A DNA stretch of 62,853 bases from an uncultured Gammaproteobacteria bacterium (GTDB lineage: Bacteria; Patescibacteriota; Microgenomatia; UBA10105; UBA927). The stretch is from contig CAZERT010000001.1 in the NCBI GenBank assembly GCA_964515515.1, positions 1 to 62,853 on the forward strand, in the 5' to 3' direction. Numbering within the stretch: the first letter of the stretch is position 1; each line of letters begins with the position of its first letter. The notes under the pieces were generated by a model. It did not search any database and was not told the origin of the DNA. It worked only from the letters and a program-made list of their open reading frames with translations. This document shows, piece after piece, positions 1-9,137 of the stretch. The position numbers and the translations under genes are program-made.

Positions 1-675
1 TCCCTTGTTGCGGCTGTCCGTATGGGGCGGATGATTTATGACAATATTAAAAAAGCTACATCATATATTATTGCCATTCATGTTCCTATTGCCGGAATGG
101 CATTATTGCCGCTTCTTCTTGGAAATCCAAGCGTTTTACTTCCAGTCCATATTGCATTTTTGGAGTTGCTGATCGATCCTGCGTGTACGGTTGTTTTTGA
201 ATCGGAGGAGGAAGAGGGTGACTGTATGAAGCGCAAGCCCAGGCCTGTTCGCCAGCCGTTGTTTGACAGAAAAAACCTCATATTGAGGCTATTGCAAGGC
301 GGAGTTGCGTTTGTGTCTGTTTCCGGTGCGTATCTGTATGCAACACATCTGGGCATGACGCAATTTGCACTGCAGGGTGTTACATTTTTTTCCCTCATTG
401 GATCAAATGTTGCTTTGATTGCATCCAATTTGTCTTGGGGGCAGGCGCGGAACCGGTTTGCATTTTTACATAACCGGGCATTTTTGTGGTTACTTGCAGG
501 TGTTGTATTTCTTTCCGCGGTATTTTGGTTTGTGCCGTTTGTATCGCGGATTGTTCAAATATCCATATTTTCTTTTCTCCCCTATGGCATCGCCATATGT
601 ACTGCTGTTGTCACGTATGTTGGCGCGGAATTAGTTGAACACTTTGAAACGACGGTTGAAGAAAAGGAAGATTAA
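1..675 (+). CDS. Cation-transporting P-type ATPase, C-terminal fragment (5' end lies upstream of the window)
   Basis: Frame 1 is open from base 1. The C-terminal TM bundle resembles Cation_ATPase_C (YDNIKKATSY..., LLPVHIAFLELLIDP...). Confidence 0.75.
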   Translation, partial: SLVAAVRMGRMIYDNIKKATSYIIAIHVPIAGMALLPLLLGNPSVLLPVHIAFLELLIDPACTVVFESEEEEGDCMKRKPRPVRQPLFDRKNLILRLLQGGVAFVSVSGAYLYATHLGMTQFALQGVTFFSLIGSNVALIASNLSWGQARNRFAFLHNRAFLWLLAGVVFLSAVFWFVPFVSRIVQISIFSFLPYGIAICTAVVTYVGAELVEHFETTVEEKED

Positions 676-1445
676 TTGCCTCTTCGTTTTTTTGATTTTG
701 TCACACGTTTTGGAAACATATGTCCACCCATCGGGTATTCTTTCGCCTGGTTTACAGGACGGTTGGTCACATATTTATCGAACAGCTTTGACGTTTCCGT
801 AATAAACCGCATGGCGCCCATTTTTTTTACCCGCCGGAGGGAATAGAGATACGTCGGTTTGTGGAAGACATCAAAGTGATATCCGTTTTTGGTAAGCCAC
901 CTTATAAAATCCGTATCTTCCGCAAAACCAACATGTGGGTTAAATCCCGGAGATGCCAAAAATATTTGCCTTCTGATGCCGATAAGTGCTCCAAGTGCGG
1001 CACCGGATCCCAAAATCCGTGTGACATCGGAGGACATGTTCAGGTATGCGATAATGACGTGTGCAAGGGGGTCCTCTGAATGGCATACGGTCCAGCAGGT
1101 AAACACTTCGGAGGATTTTTTCGCAATCATTTTGGCGGTATCCGCCAGGAAATTTTTTGGTAATCTATTGTCCGCGTCATTAAAGATGATCCACTCGCCG
1201 GTTGCGGCTAATGCTCCCTTATTGCGCTGGAGCGCCACATTACGGATTCTGCTTTGGATAACGCGGATTTTGAATTTTTTGGAAAATGCCAATGCCCTGA
1301 GTTTTGTTTGATCTTGGGAATATCCATCACAGACAATAACTTCAAAGTTGGAAAATGATTGCTTGGACAAATCATCCAGAAGATCGGGAAGATATTCCTG
1401 CTCGTTAAGTGTCGGAATGACTATGGAAAAATACGGAGTTTTCAT
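672..1445 (-). CDS. Glycosyltransferase family 2
   Basis: MKTPYFSIVIPTLNEQEYLPDLLDDL..VIVCDGYSQDQT is a typical GT2 N-terminus and DxD region. The start was trimmed to MKTPYF. Confidence 0.85.
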   Translation of the reverse strand: MKTPYFSIVIPTLNEQEYLPDLLDDLSKQSFSNFEVIVCDGYSQDQTKLRALAFSKKFKIRVIQSRIRNVALQRNKGALAATGEWIIFNDADNRLPKNFLADTAKMIAKKSSEVFTCWTVCHSEDPLAHVIIAYLNMSSDVTRILGSGAALGALIGIRRQIFLASPGFNPHVGFAEDTDFIRWLTKNGYHFDVFHKPTYLYSLRRVKKMGAMRFITETSKLFDKYVTNRPVNQAKEYPMGGHMFPKRVTKSKKRRGN

Positions 1446-1526
1446 TGGGGGGTATTGTATCACGAACAAAAGGTAAAGCATGTTGAGACATGGATTGGGG
1501 TGGAAAATTTGGGTTACAATACCGGC

Positions 1527-2192
1527 ATGAGTGTTTCGTCGGGAGAATATTCAATTATCCGTTCACGAAGAAGTACAATCGCCATTTACATAACACCGAC
1601 AGGAAATGTCCAGGTCCGTGCGCCATTTCTTGTTCCGATTTTTGTGATTGAACGGTTTGTTACTTCCAAACAGGAGTGGATTCAGACTGCAAAGGGACGT
1701 ATCGCCAATACTCCGCTACGTCGGCTTGCGGAGGGGGAAACGGTTCCTTTTTTGGGAAAACCGCTTCGGATTTGCCGCACATCATCACACACAATACTTC
1801 GCATTGGGGATATGCTATATATTCCACAATCTGAGTTTCCACATATCCAAAAATATTTAGAACTTTGGTACCGGAAAGCGGCAAAAAAGGTACTCAGGCA
1901 AAAAACCGTTTTTTTCGCAAAAAAAATCGGGGCATCCTACAGTGCTGTTTCCATCCGGGACACCACGAGCAGGTGGGGGTCATGCAGCAGTTCAGGTAGG
2001 ATCAGTTATTGTTGGCGGTTGCTGCTTGCCGACGAGGGGATTGTTGATTATGTCGTGATTCATGAGGTGTGTCATAGAATTCACCCTGATCATTCCCATG
2101 CATTTTGGGATACCGTCGGGAAATACGATAATTCCTACCGTACGCATAGAACATGGTTAAAGCGCTTCGGCCACACGCTTACGCTTTCGTAG
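1527..2192 (+). CDS. YgjP-like (DUF45/M48-type) zinc metallopeptidase
   Basis: WGSCSSSGRISYCWRLL...VVIHEVCHRIHPDHSHAFW carries the HExxH motif. The start was trimmed to the ATG at 1527. Confidence 0.8.
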   Translation: MSVSSGEYSIIRSRRSTIAIYITPTGNVQVRAPFLVPIFVIERFVTSKQEWIQTAKGRIANTPLRRLAEGETVPFLGKPLRICRTSSHTILRIGDMLYIPQSEFPHIQKYLELWYRKAAKKVLRQKTVFFAKKIGASYSAVSIRDTTSRWGSCSSSGRISYCWRLLLADEGIVDYVVIHEVCHRIHPDHSHAFWDTVGKYDNSYRTHRTWLKRFGHTLTLS

Positions 2193-2194
2193 TA

Positions 2195-2962
2195 TTAGCG
2201 GAGCATGAATACACCATAAAGAATGGCAACAGCAATCCTATACCAACCAAACAGGACAAACGAATGGGTTTTTACGAATGCCAATAATGATTTCATGGTA
2301 ACAATGGCACTGATGCATGCACATACAAATCCAACGGCAATTAAGCCGGTTTCATCTGTTGTGAGGGAAAATGATGTTTTTAAGAGATCATACCCGACAG
2401 CTGCGGTCATCGTCGGGACCGATAACAGGAATGAAAATTCAACGGCATTAACCCGTGATAATCCCGATAGCATACCTCCGGCAATTGTAGCAGCAGAACG
2501 GGAAATTCCGGGAATAAACGAAAGAATTTGGGCGGTTCCGACGGTTATGGCCTGCCGGCTTGTCGGTGTCCGGGAAGGATCCTGTTGGCGAGGTGTATGG
2601 AACCGTTCGATAGCGATGATTACAACTCCCCCAAGAAAAAGGGAAATAGCAACAATAGCGTCATTTCCCAATAAAAATTGCTTGACCGGTTTATATAGAA
2701 GAACACCGAAGATTCCTGTCGGAAGAAATGCCAACACAAGCGGAAACCAGAGGTTTTTTTGGGTCATGAGTTTTTTTGCATAAAGTCCAAAAACAGCAAG
2801 AATGGCTCCGAGCTGAATCACCATGTCAAACGTTTTCGTAAACTCCGTTTGATCAATGTGGAGAATCGATTGGGCAAGAATAAGGTGACCTGTCGAAGAA
2901 ATCGGCAAAAATTCCGTAATTCCCTCAATAATGCCAAGAAGAATGGCAGATGGGATGTCCAT
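2195..2962 (-). CDS. uppP: Undecaprenyl-diphosphate phosphatase
   Basis: GIIEGITEFLPISSTGHLIL is the BacA/UppP signature. The protein is multi-pass membrane. Confidence 0.9.
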   Translation of the reverse strand: MDIPSAILLGIIEGITEFLPISSTGHLILAQSILHIDQTEFTKTFDMVIQLGAILAVFGLYAKKLMTQKNLWFPLVLAFLPTGIFGVLLYKPVKQFLLGNDAIVAISLFLGGVVIIAIERFHTPRQQDPSRTPTSRQAITVGTAQILSFIPGISRSAATIAGGMLSGLSRVNAVEFSFLLSVPTMTAAVGYDLLKTSFSLTTDETGLIAVGFVCACISAIVTMKSLLAFVKTHSFVLFGWYRIAVAILYGVFMLR

Positions 2963-2968
2963 AGCGGC

Positions 2969-3166
2969 TTATTCTTCCGTAATTTCAATAACAGAAGAAG
3001 GACACATTTGGGCAGCTTGCCGAACAAGCGCTTTTTCCTCTTCAGTGAGGGTAGAGGGATCTTTTTTTAGCGTGACGACTCCACTTTCTGTGGAAAAAAC
3101 GGTTGGTGCAATTGCGGCGCATGATCCGCAGGAAAGACAATTTTCACTGTGTAGGGTAATTTTCAT
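2969..3166 (-). CDS. Small 4Fe-4S ferredoxin
   Basis: The Cys pattern is CLSCGSCAAIAP...CP. The SD ggaaggag lies upstream of the ATG at 3166, which is 6 nt upstream of uppP. Confidence 0.75.
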   Translation of the reverse strand: MKITLHSENCLSCGSCAAIAPTVFSTESGVVTLKKDPSTLTEEEKALVRQAAQMCPSSVIEITEE

Positions 3167-3394
3167 AGAATAACTCCTTCCATTATGGATGTTTATCATA
3201 GCGGGAAACAGGGGATGATACAAGGGAATACCTGATGAGTATCGCAGCAGATGGGTGAATATGGTATACTTACAACCGACCTTGGTGTGAATTTGTCCTG
3301 TTTTCGAATTGCAGATTGGGAACCTTCATGTGTCCACAGTTCGTGCGTTCGAGAGCGCATTTCGCTCCCGAGGAATTTTGAAAGGGGGAGATCT

Positions 3395-3646
3395 ATGAAT
3401 CTCTTTGTTGGAAACCTTCCCTACGCGATGGATAGCGCGAAACTGGGAGAACTTTTTGCCCAAGCCGGAGCAGTTATTTCGGCAAAGGTCATTTCCGATA
3501 AATACACCGGCCGTTCACGCGGATTCGGATTTGTAGAATTTGGAACTGACGAAGAAGGCAAAAAAGCCATTGAACTGTTCAATGGTCAGGCAGTCGAAGG
3601 ACGCCCATTGGTTGTCAATGAAGCACGACCGCCAAAAGCGTCATAA
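3395..3646 (+). CDS. RRM-type RNA-binding protein
   Basis: RNP2 is LFVGNL and RNP1 is RGFGFVEF. The SD aaagggggag lies 5 nt before the ATG at 3395. Confidence 0.9.
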   Translation: MNLFVGNLPYAMDSAKLGELFAQAGAVISAKVISDKYTGRSRGFGFVEFGTDEEGKKAIELFNGQAVEGRPLVVNEARPPKAS

Positions 3647-3667
3647 TAATACAATACAATGTATAAG

Positions 3668-3697
3668 GAAAAAGCCGTCTGAAAAGACGGCTTTTTT
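3668..3697. terminator. Bidirectional intrinsic terminator between convergent genes
   Basis: aaaaAGCCGTCtgaaaaGACGGCTtttttt is a perfect 7-bp stem flanked by an A-run and a T-run. Confidence 0.6.
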
Positions 3698-6107
3698 ATT
3701 GGGGTTTTGGCGTAGGGGAGGGTGTTTGGGTTGGAATAGGGGCACATTTTCCGCCAGGTGGAAGGGTGCCGGGGGCAAAAAATTCATGTTTATTAAAATA
3801 ACACGGTATGGAAACGATGGATTCGGGCCGAGGAGGTACTTCGTCTTTTTTATTTTCCAGAAGGGTTGCCATAATATCGTGCCAGATCGGTGCCGCTCCG
3901 GTTACACCGGATGCAAGGAATGGATTCATTGGGGAATTATCGTTATTGCCAACCCATACAGTGGTCACAAATGATGGGGTATATCCGATGGTCCAATTAT
4001 CCCGTTTATCATTACTTGTTCCCGTTTTAACCGAAACCGTCTTTCCTGGGATGACAAGTTCTGAATTTGGTCCAAATGCAGGAGTTCTTGCTTGGTTATC
4101 CGCAAGAATATGTCCAATGATCCATGCGGTTTCCGGTGTCATTGCTTGATTTCTATGTATGGATGGTCCACTTCTGTATACCTTACCCGTATAATCAGAA
4201 ACCTCCACAATTGGATCAAGCATGATATGGGCTCCATTGTTTGCAAGCGTTCCAAATACCTCAGCCATTTCCAACATGGTAACTTCGCCACCTCCAAGCG
4301 TCAGTGATAGTCCATAGTGAGACGGATCGGTCCAAGAGGTAATGCCCATTTTTTTGGCAGTTGTCATCATTGCCGGAACCCCGAGTTTTGCTATAAGCTT
4401 GACTGCAGGAATATTGTAGGAATTTGCCAGTGCATAGCGAAGCGGGGTCGGACCGTGAAATTTTCCGTCGTAATTGACAGGAACATATGGTGGACTCCCA
4501 GCTTGTGTATACACAACGGGGGAATCATCAAGAATCGTTGCGGCGCTCATACCACTTTCCAGTGCCAAGGCATAGGTAACGACCTTAATGGAAGAACCGG
4601 GTTGGCGAAGAGCATTCGTTACGTTTACATTCCCGTCGCGTTGTGCATTAAAATAATCTCGTGACCCGACCATCGCCAGAATTTGGCCGTTTCTCGGATC
4701 GGTTACAAGTGCTGCACCATTACCCACTTGAAGCGCGGAAAGCTCGTCGATATTTTGTGACACGATCTCTTGTACTTTTTCCTGCAGCGGAAGATCAAGT
4801 GATGTTACAACACGAAGTCCGCCTTTATCAACAAGCCGTGGACCGAATTCTTTTTCCAGCATATCGCGGATATACATAACAAAATGGGGTGCTCGGATGG
4901 ATACCCGTGGTTGAGCAAATACAAGTTTTTCTTTGAGTGCTTTTTCCGCTTCTTCTTTTGTGATATAGCGGTCTTCCACCATTCTTCGAAGCACTTCCGC
5001 CTGTCGTGCAAATGCACGTTCAGGATGTGTGCCAAATGGTGAATAATCCGTTGGAGCAACAGGAAGACCGGCTAGAAGCGCAGCTTCTGCTAGCGTGACC
5101 TGTTTAATGGATTTTCCGAAATATGTTTGTGCTGCCGCTTCAATACCCCACGCTGTTCCTCCGTATGGAACTTGGTTTACGTACATTTCCAAAATCTGGT
5201 CTTTGGAATACAATCGTTCAGCCCAAAATGCCAGAATCACCTCTTTAATTTTTCTTGTAACGGTAACCTCAGGAGATAAGAGAGCTGTTTTAATAAGTTG
5301 TTGGGTGATTGTCGATCCTCCCTGAAACGAGGTTTGATTGACGTTTTCCCACAGTGCCCGCGTAATACCACGCAGTGAAAATCCCATGTGTCGATAAAAT
5401 TCCCTATCTTCAATAGCAATGGTTGCTTTTTTAACGATATCGGGAATTTGGGAAAGGGGGATCGGTGTTCTGTTTTGGTCCGCATAGATTTCATACAGCA
5501 GTATGCCATTTCTATCATAGATTTTTGTTGACACTTCAAGATCGCGTCGTGTTAATAACGTCGGATTTGGAAGGGATCGAAGGGAAGTATAGATAATATA
5601 GGGAATGACAATCGCAACAATGGTAAAGAAAGCACCGGAGAAAAATGATCGGAAATGGAGAGCGGATGTGTGTGTTTGTTTGTGTTGTTCCAACGAAAAG
5701 GATTGTTGTTTTGTGAGACGTTTTGGTTGTTGTGGTGGGGAAAAAACGGGTGGCTTGTGTGATTGGAGTTTTTTTCTGCGCATCATCCAGATATGCAATG
5801 GGTTTACCACGAGCGGTATCTTGAATATATATGGCTGTTGTTTTTTGTTCGTTGCGGGTAAGAATTTTTTTTGTAATGAACGGAAAACAGAATGAAGGTA
5901 TTTTAATCCTTTCCTGAGGACGGGAATAGGAAAACAGATGACGGCCACAACAATGTGACCGATAATGGAAAAACCAGAGATAGGCAGCTTCAGAAGAAAA
6001 AGAACACCGTCTCCGATAAGCGTCAGACAATAGAGGAAAAAGAGCGCCAAAAAAGAAAAAAAGCGCATCAAAGAACCAACCGGTGATTTTCCGGGTGAAG
6101 GTACCAT
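3696..6107 (-). CDS. Class A penicillin-binding protein (PBP1A family) with an extended multi-TM N-terminus
   Basis: The transglycosylase motifs are EDREFYRH and GGSTITQQL. The transpeptidase motifs are SSIK and KTGT. Confidence 0.9.
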   Translation of the reverse strand: MVPSPGKSPVGSLMRFFSFLALFFLYCLTLIGDGVLFLLKLPISGFSIIGHIVVAVICFPIPVLRKGLKYLHSVFRSLQKKFLPATNKKQQPYIFKIPLVVNPLHIWMMRRKKLQSHKPPVFSPPQQPKRLTKQQSFSLEQHKQTHTSALHFRSFFSGAFFTIVAIVIPYIIYTSLRSLPNPTLLTRRDLEVSTKIYDRNGILLYEIYADQNRTPIPLSQIPDIVKKATIAIEDREFYRHMGFSLRGITRALWENVNQTSFQGGSTITQQLIKTALLSPEVTVTRKIKEVILAFWAERLYSKDQILEMYVNQVPYGGTAWGIEAAAQTYFGKSIKQVTLAEAALLAGLPVAPTDYSPFGTHPERAFARQAEVLRRMVEDRYITKEEAEKALKEKLVFAQPRVSIRAPHFVMYIRDMLEKEFGPRLVDKGGLRVVTSLDLPLQEKVQEIVSQNIDELSALQVGNGAALVTDPRNGQILAMVGSRDYFNAQRDGNVNVTNALRQPGSSIKVVTYALALESGMSAATILDDSPVVYTQAGSPPYVPVNYDGKFHGPTPLRYALANSYNIPAVKLIAKLGVPAMMTTAKKMGITSWTDPSHYGLSLTLGGGEVTMLEMAEVFGTLANNGAHIMLDPIVEVSDYTGKVYRSGPSIHRNQAMTPETAWIIGHILADNQARTPAFGPNSELVIPGKTVSVKTGTSNDKRDNWTIGYTPSFVTTVWVGNNDNSPMNPFLASGVTGAAPIWHDIMATLLENKKDEVPPRPESIVSIPCYFNKHEFFAPGTLPPGGKCAPIPTQTPSPTPKPQ

Positions 6108-6165
6108 ACTAAGAAGGGGTTATATCATAGGCATTTGGCCCGCCACAAGAGGCAAAACAACTTTT

Positions 6166-8442
6166 TTAGCGCACCGAGATAACCGTTGGTTTGTTTGTTG
6201 GGTGAGGACAGTCAAGGCAATAGGTGCTCATTGGATCGGATAAGACGGTTTGTTCCTTGTCTTCAATATTTTCTGTCTGATCAGCTTGGGCGAGATCTCC
6301 TGTTGTTTTATCTATTTTTACCATACGTTTGAGAGATTCCCTTCCCGTGGGAACGGTGCCTTTTATAAAATATTCAAATCGGGTTGGGCATCCGGGGTCT
6401 CCACCTTCTGGATTTGGAGGGAGGAGTCCTGATGTGGAGCAAATTTGAGTTCCGACAATTCCCTCCGGTTGTTTTGGCCACACATCCGGTTTTCCGTCCA
6501 GAATATGACGCATAAGCGTATTCCATATTGGGGCTGCTCCGGACACCCCCGACACGAGACTGTTCATTTTTGTGTTATTGTTATTGCCGACCCAGACGGC
6601 CACTAGATATTGGGGGGTATAGCCGATCGTCCAGTTGTCCCGCAAGTCATCTGTCGTACCGGTTTTCACCGATACCGCATGTCCCGGAATAACGAGTGAT
6701 GATTGTGCCCCGAATGCCGCTTGACGGGCATTATTATCCAGAAGAATGTGGGAAATAAGGTAGGCTGTTTCTGCTGAAAGAACCCGTGTTCCCTGCATAA
6801 GCAGTTGGGAGGGAACATCTTTTCCCAAGTTGCGGTCTTGGTATTGTTCCAGGATTTTTCCGTTCCGGTCAACCACTTTGAGTATTCCCACTAAATCATG
6901 CCGTATACCTGCATTGGCAAAAACTGAAAAAGCCTCTGCCATGTCTGTCATGCGAACTTCTCCACCGCCAAGGGTTAGGGAAAGACCGTATTTCGACGGG
7001 TCTTTGAGTGTATCTATTCCAAATGCTGATGCGGAAGCAACCATACCGCTAACAGTATTAAGGTACAGGGTTTTAACGGCAGGAATATTATAGGAATTGC
7101 CAAGCGCAAATCGAACCTGTACTGGCCCGTGGAAATTCCAATCATAATTTTTCGGACAGTAGAGCGGTTGACCGGCAACACCAAAGCATGTTGGCTCATC
7201 AAGAAACATCGTTGCTGGGGTAATCAGCCGTCGCTCGATCGCAATGGCATAGTTGATTGGTTTAATTGAGGATCCGGGTTGACGAAGTGCTGTCGTAACG
7301 TTGTAGCTTCCTGAGGGTGTTGCAAAATAATCCGTTGATCCCACCATTGCCAGGATTTCCCCTGTTGCGGGTTTGGTGATAAGTGCCGCACCGTTTGTGA
7401 TGTTTAGGGACATCACATCGGTAATCTCGGCAGCTACTGTTGCCTGGGCATATTCCTGAAGCGGAAGATCCAGGGTTGTCGTCACCCGAAGGCCTCCGCG
7501 TTCAACCTGTGCAAGTCCGTATTTTTCCACAAGTTGATCCTTAATATACATGACAAAGTGTGGCGCTTTGATATTTGCCGGTTTGGCGAATGTGAGTGGC
7601 TCCTGTTTGGCTTTTTCCGCCTGGGACTGAGTAATATATCCATCCTCTGCCATTCTACGAATGACTTCGTGTTGTCGTTTTATGGCAAGATCGGGATTGG
7701 TGCCAAATGGTGAATAGAGGGAAGGAGCTTGGGGAAGACCCGCAAGGAGTGCTGATTCAAAAAGTGTCAGCTCACGAACCGGTTTTCCAAAGTATTTTTC
7801 CGCAGCGGATTCAACCCCCCATGCCGTACCGCCGTAGGGCACGCGGTTTAAATAGAGTTCCAGAATTTTATCTTTTGGATAGATGAGCTCCACCCAATAG
7901 GCAAGGATAATTTCGCGGACTTTCCGTGTGACGGTCCGTTCTGGGGAAAGGAGTGCGGTTTTTACCAGTTGTTGGGTAATTGTTGACCCACCTTGGAGCC
8001 GCTTCCCTGTTGCGGTTGCGGCAATGGCACGCAGAATTCCGCCGATTGGGTTGACACCCTGGTGTTTGTAGAATTCCTTGTCCTCTATGGCAATCGTTGC
8101 CTGTCGCAGGGAAAGGGGGATTTCAGAAAGCGGTACTTCCGTTCTGTTTTGGTCGGCAAAGATATCAAACAGGAGTGTTCCGTTCCTGTCAAAAATTTTT
8201 GTTGCCACGGGAATATCTGGTGATACAAGGTTTTTCGGATTCGGAAGGTTATGAAAAATCAAAACATAGACTGCGCCAAGAAGGGAAAGCGGAAGAAGGA
8301 AAAAAAGATACCGGACAAGCCGTTTGGGATCCTTGTGTTGTTTGGATAATGCAGGAGCAGGCAGGAGGAGTGGCCCAGTCGCATGGCTTTGCTGTGGCAG
8401 TTTTTTCTTTCGGGATACCGGTTTTTTCCTTTTGCTTCCCAT
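6166..8442 (-). CDS. Class A penicillin-binding protein (PBP1A family), tandem paralog
   Basis: EDKEFYKH, GGSTITQQL, SSIKP and KTGTT. It is collinear with the neighbouring PBP. Confidence 0.9.
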   Translation of the reverse strand: MGSKRKKPVSRKKKLPQQSHATGPLLLPAPALSKQHKDPKRLVRYLFFLLPLSLLGAVYVLIFHNLPNPKNLVSPDIPVATKIFDRNGTLLFDIFADQNRTEVPLSEIPLSLRQATIAIEDKEFYKHQGVNPIGGILRAIAATATGKRLQGGSTITQQLVKTALLSPERTVTRKVREIILAYWVELIYPKDKILELYLNRVPYGGTAWGVESAAEKYFGKPVRELTLFESALLAGLPQAPSLYSPFGTNPDLAIKRQHEVIRRMAEDGYITQSQAEKAKQEPLTFAKPANIKAPHFVMYIKDQLVEKYGLAQVERGGLRVTTTLDLPLQEYAQATVAAEITDVMSLNITNGAALITKPATGEILAMVGSTDYFATPSGSYNVTTALRQPGSSIKPINYAIAIERRLITPATMFLDEPTCFGVAGQPLYCPKNYDWNFHGPVQVRFALGNSYNIPAVKTLYLNTVSGMVASASAFGIDTLKDPSKYGLSLTLGGGEVRMTDMAEAFSVFANAGIRHDLVGILKVVDRNGKILEQYQDRNLGKDVPSQLLMQGTRVLSAETAYLISHILLDNNARQAAFGAQSSLVIPGHAVSVKTGTTDDLRDNWTIGYTPQYLVAVWVGNNNNTKMNSLVSGVSGAAPIWNTLMRHILDGKPDVWPKQPEGIVGTQICSTSGLLPPNPEGGDPGCPTRFEYFIKGTVPTGRESLKRMVKIDKTTGDLAQADQTENIEDKEQTVLSDPMSTYCLDCPHPTNKPTVISVR

Positions 8443-8485
8443 GGGATTGTATTATATACTAGAGTAAATATAGAGGAGGATCAAT

Positions 8486-9094
8486 ATGTTTATGTTGCCG
8501 GATTTACCTTTTTCATACAATGCCCTTGAGCCGTATATTGATGAAGAGACGATGCGGGTACATCACGATATGCATCATGGGGCATACGTAAAAAATACTA
8601 ATGATACGCTTGTGCCATACCCATCACTTGCACAGCATTCGATAGAGGAATTGCTGTCCAACACGAGCCTGATTCCTGAAGAAATACGCCAAAAGGTCAT
8701 CAATTTTGGGGGAGGACATGCAAATCACATGGTATTTTGGAAGAGCCTTTCCAACATCCATGATCAACATCCATCTGGGAAACTATTAGATGGGATAGTT
8801 AACACATTTTCATCCGTTGATGCGCTTGTTTCTTTGCTTACCAAAACTGCACTCGGGAGGTTTGGAAGCGGATGGGCATGGTTAGTGGTAGATAATGGCA
8901 CGCTTCGGGTAATGGATACACAAAATCAAGACAGCCCGCTTTCACTCGGGTTTACTCCGCTTCTTGGAATCGACGTATGGGAACATGCATATTACTTAAA
9001 ATATAAGGCAGCGCGCGGGAAATACCTTGATAATCTTTTCCATGTCATCAATTGGGCCGGTATCGGCAAGACATATGAAATGATCAAAGGATAA
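8486..9094 (+). CDS. Fe/Mn superoxide dismutase
   Basis: LPDLPFSYNALEPYIDEETMRVHHDMHH ... DVWEHAYYL. The SD is gaggagga. Confidence 0.92.
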   Translation: MFMLPDLPFSYNALEPYIDEETMRVHHDMHHGAYVKNTNDTLVPYPSLAQHSIEELLSNTSLIPEEIRQKVINFGGGHANHMVFWKSLSNIHDQHPSGKLLDGIVNTFSSVDALVSLLTKTALGRFGSGWAWLVVDNGTLRVMDTQNQDSPLSLGFTPLLGIDVWEHAYYLKYKAARGKYLDNLFHVINWAGIGKTYEMIKG

Positions 9095-9137
9095 CCCTTG
9101 GCGACACATCGGAAAACACCGTATACTACAAGGTACT

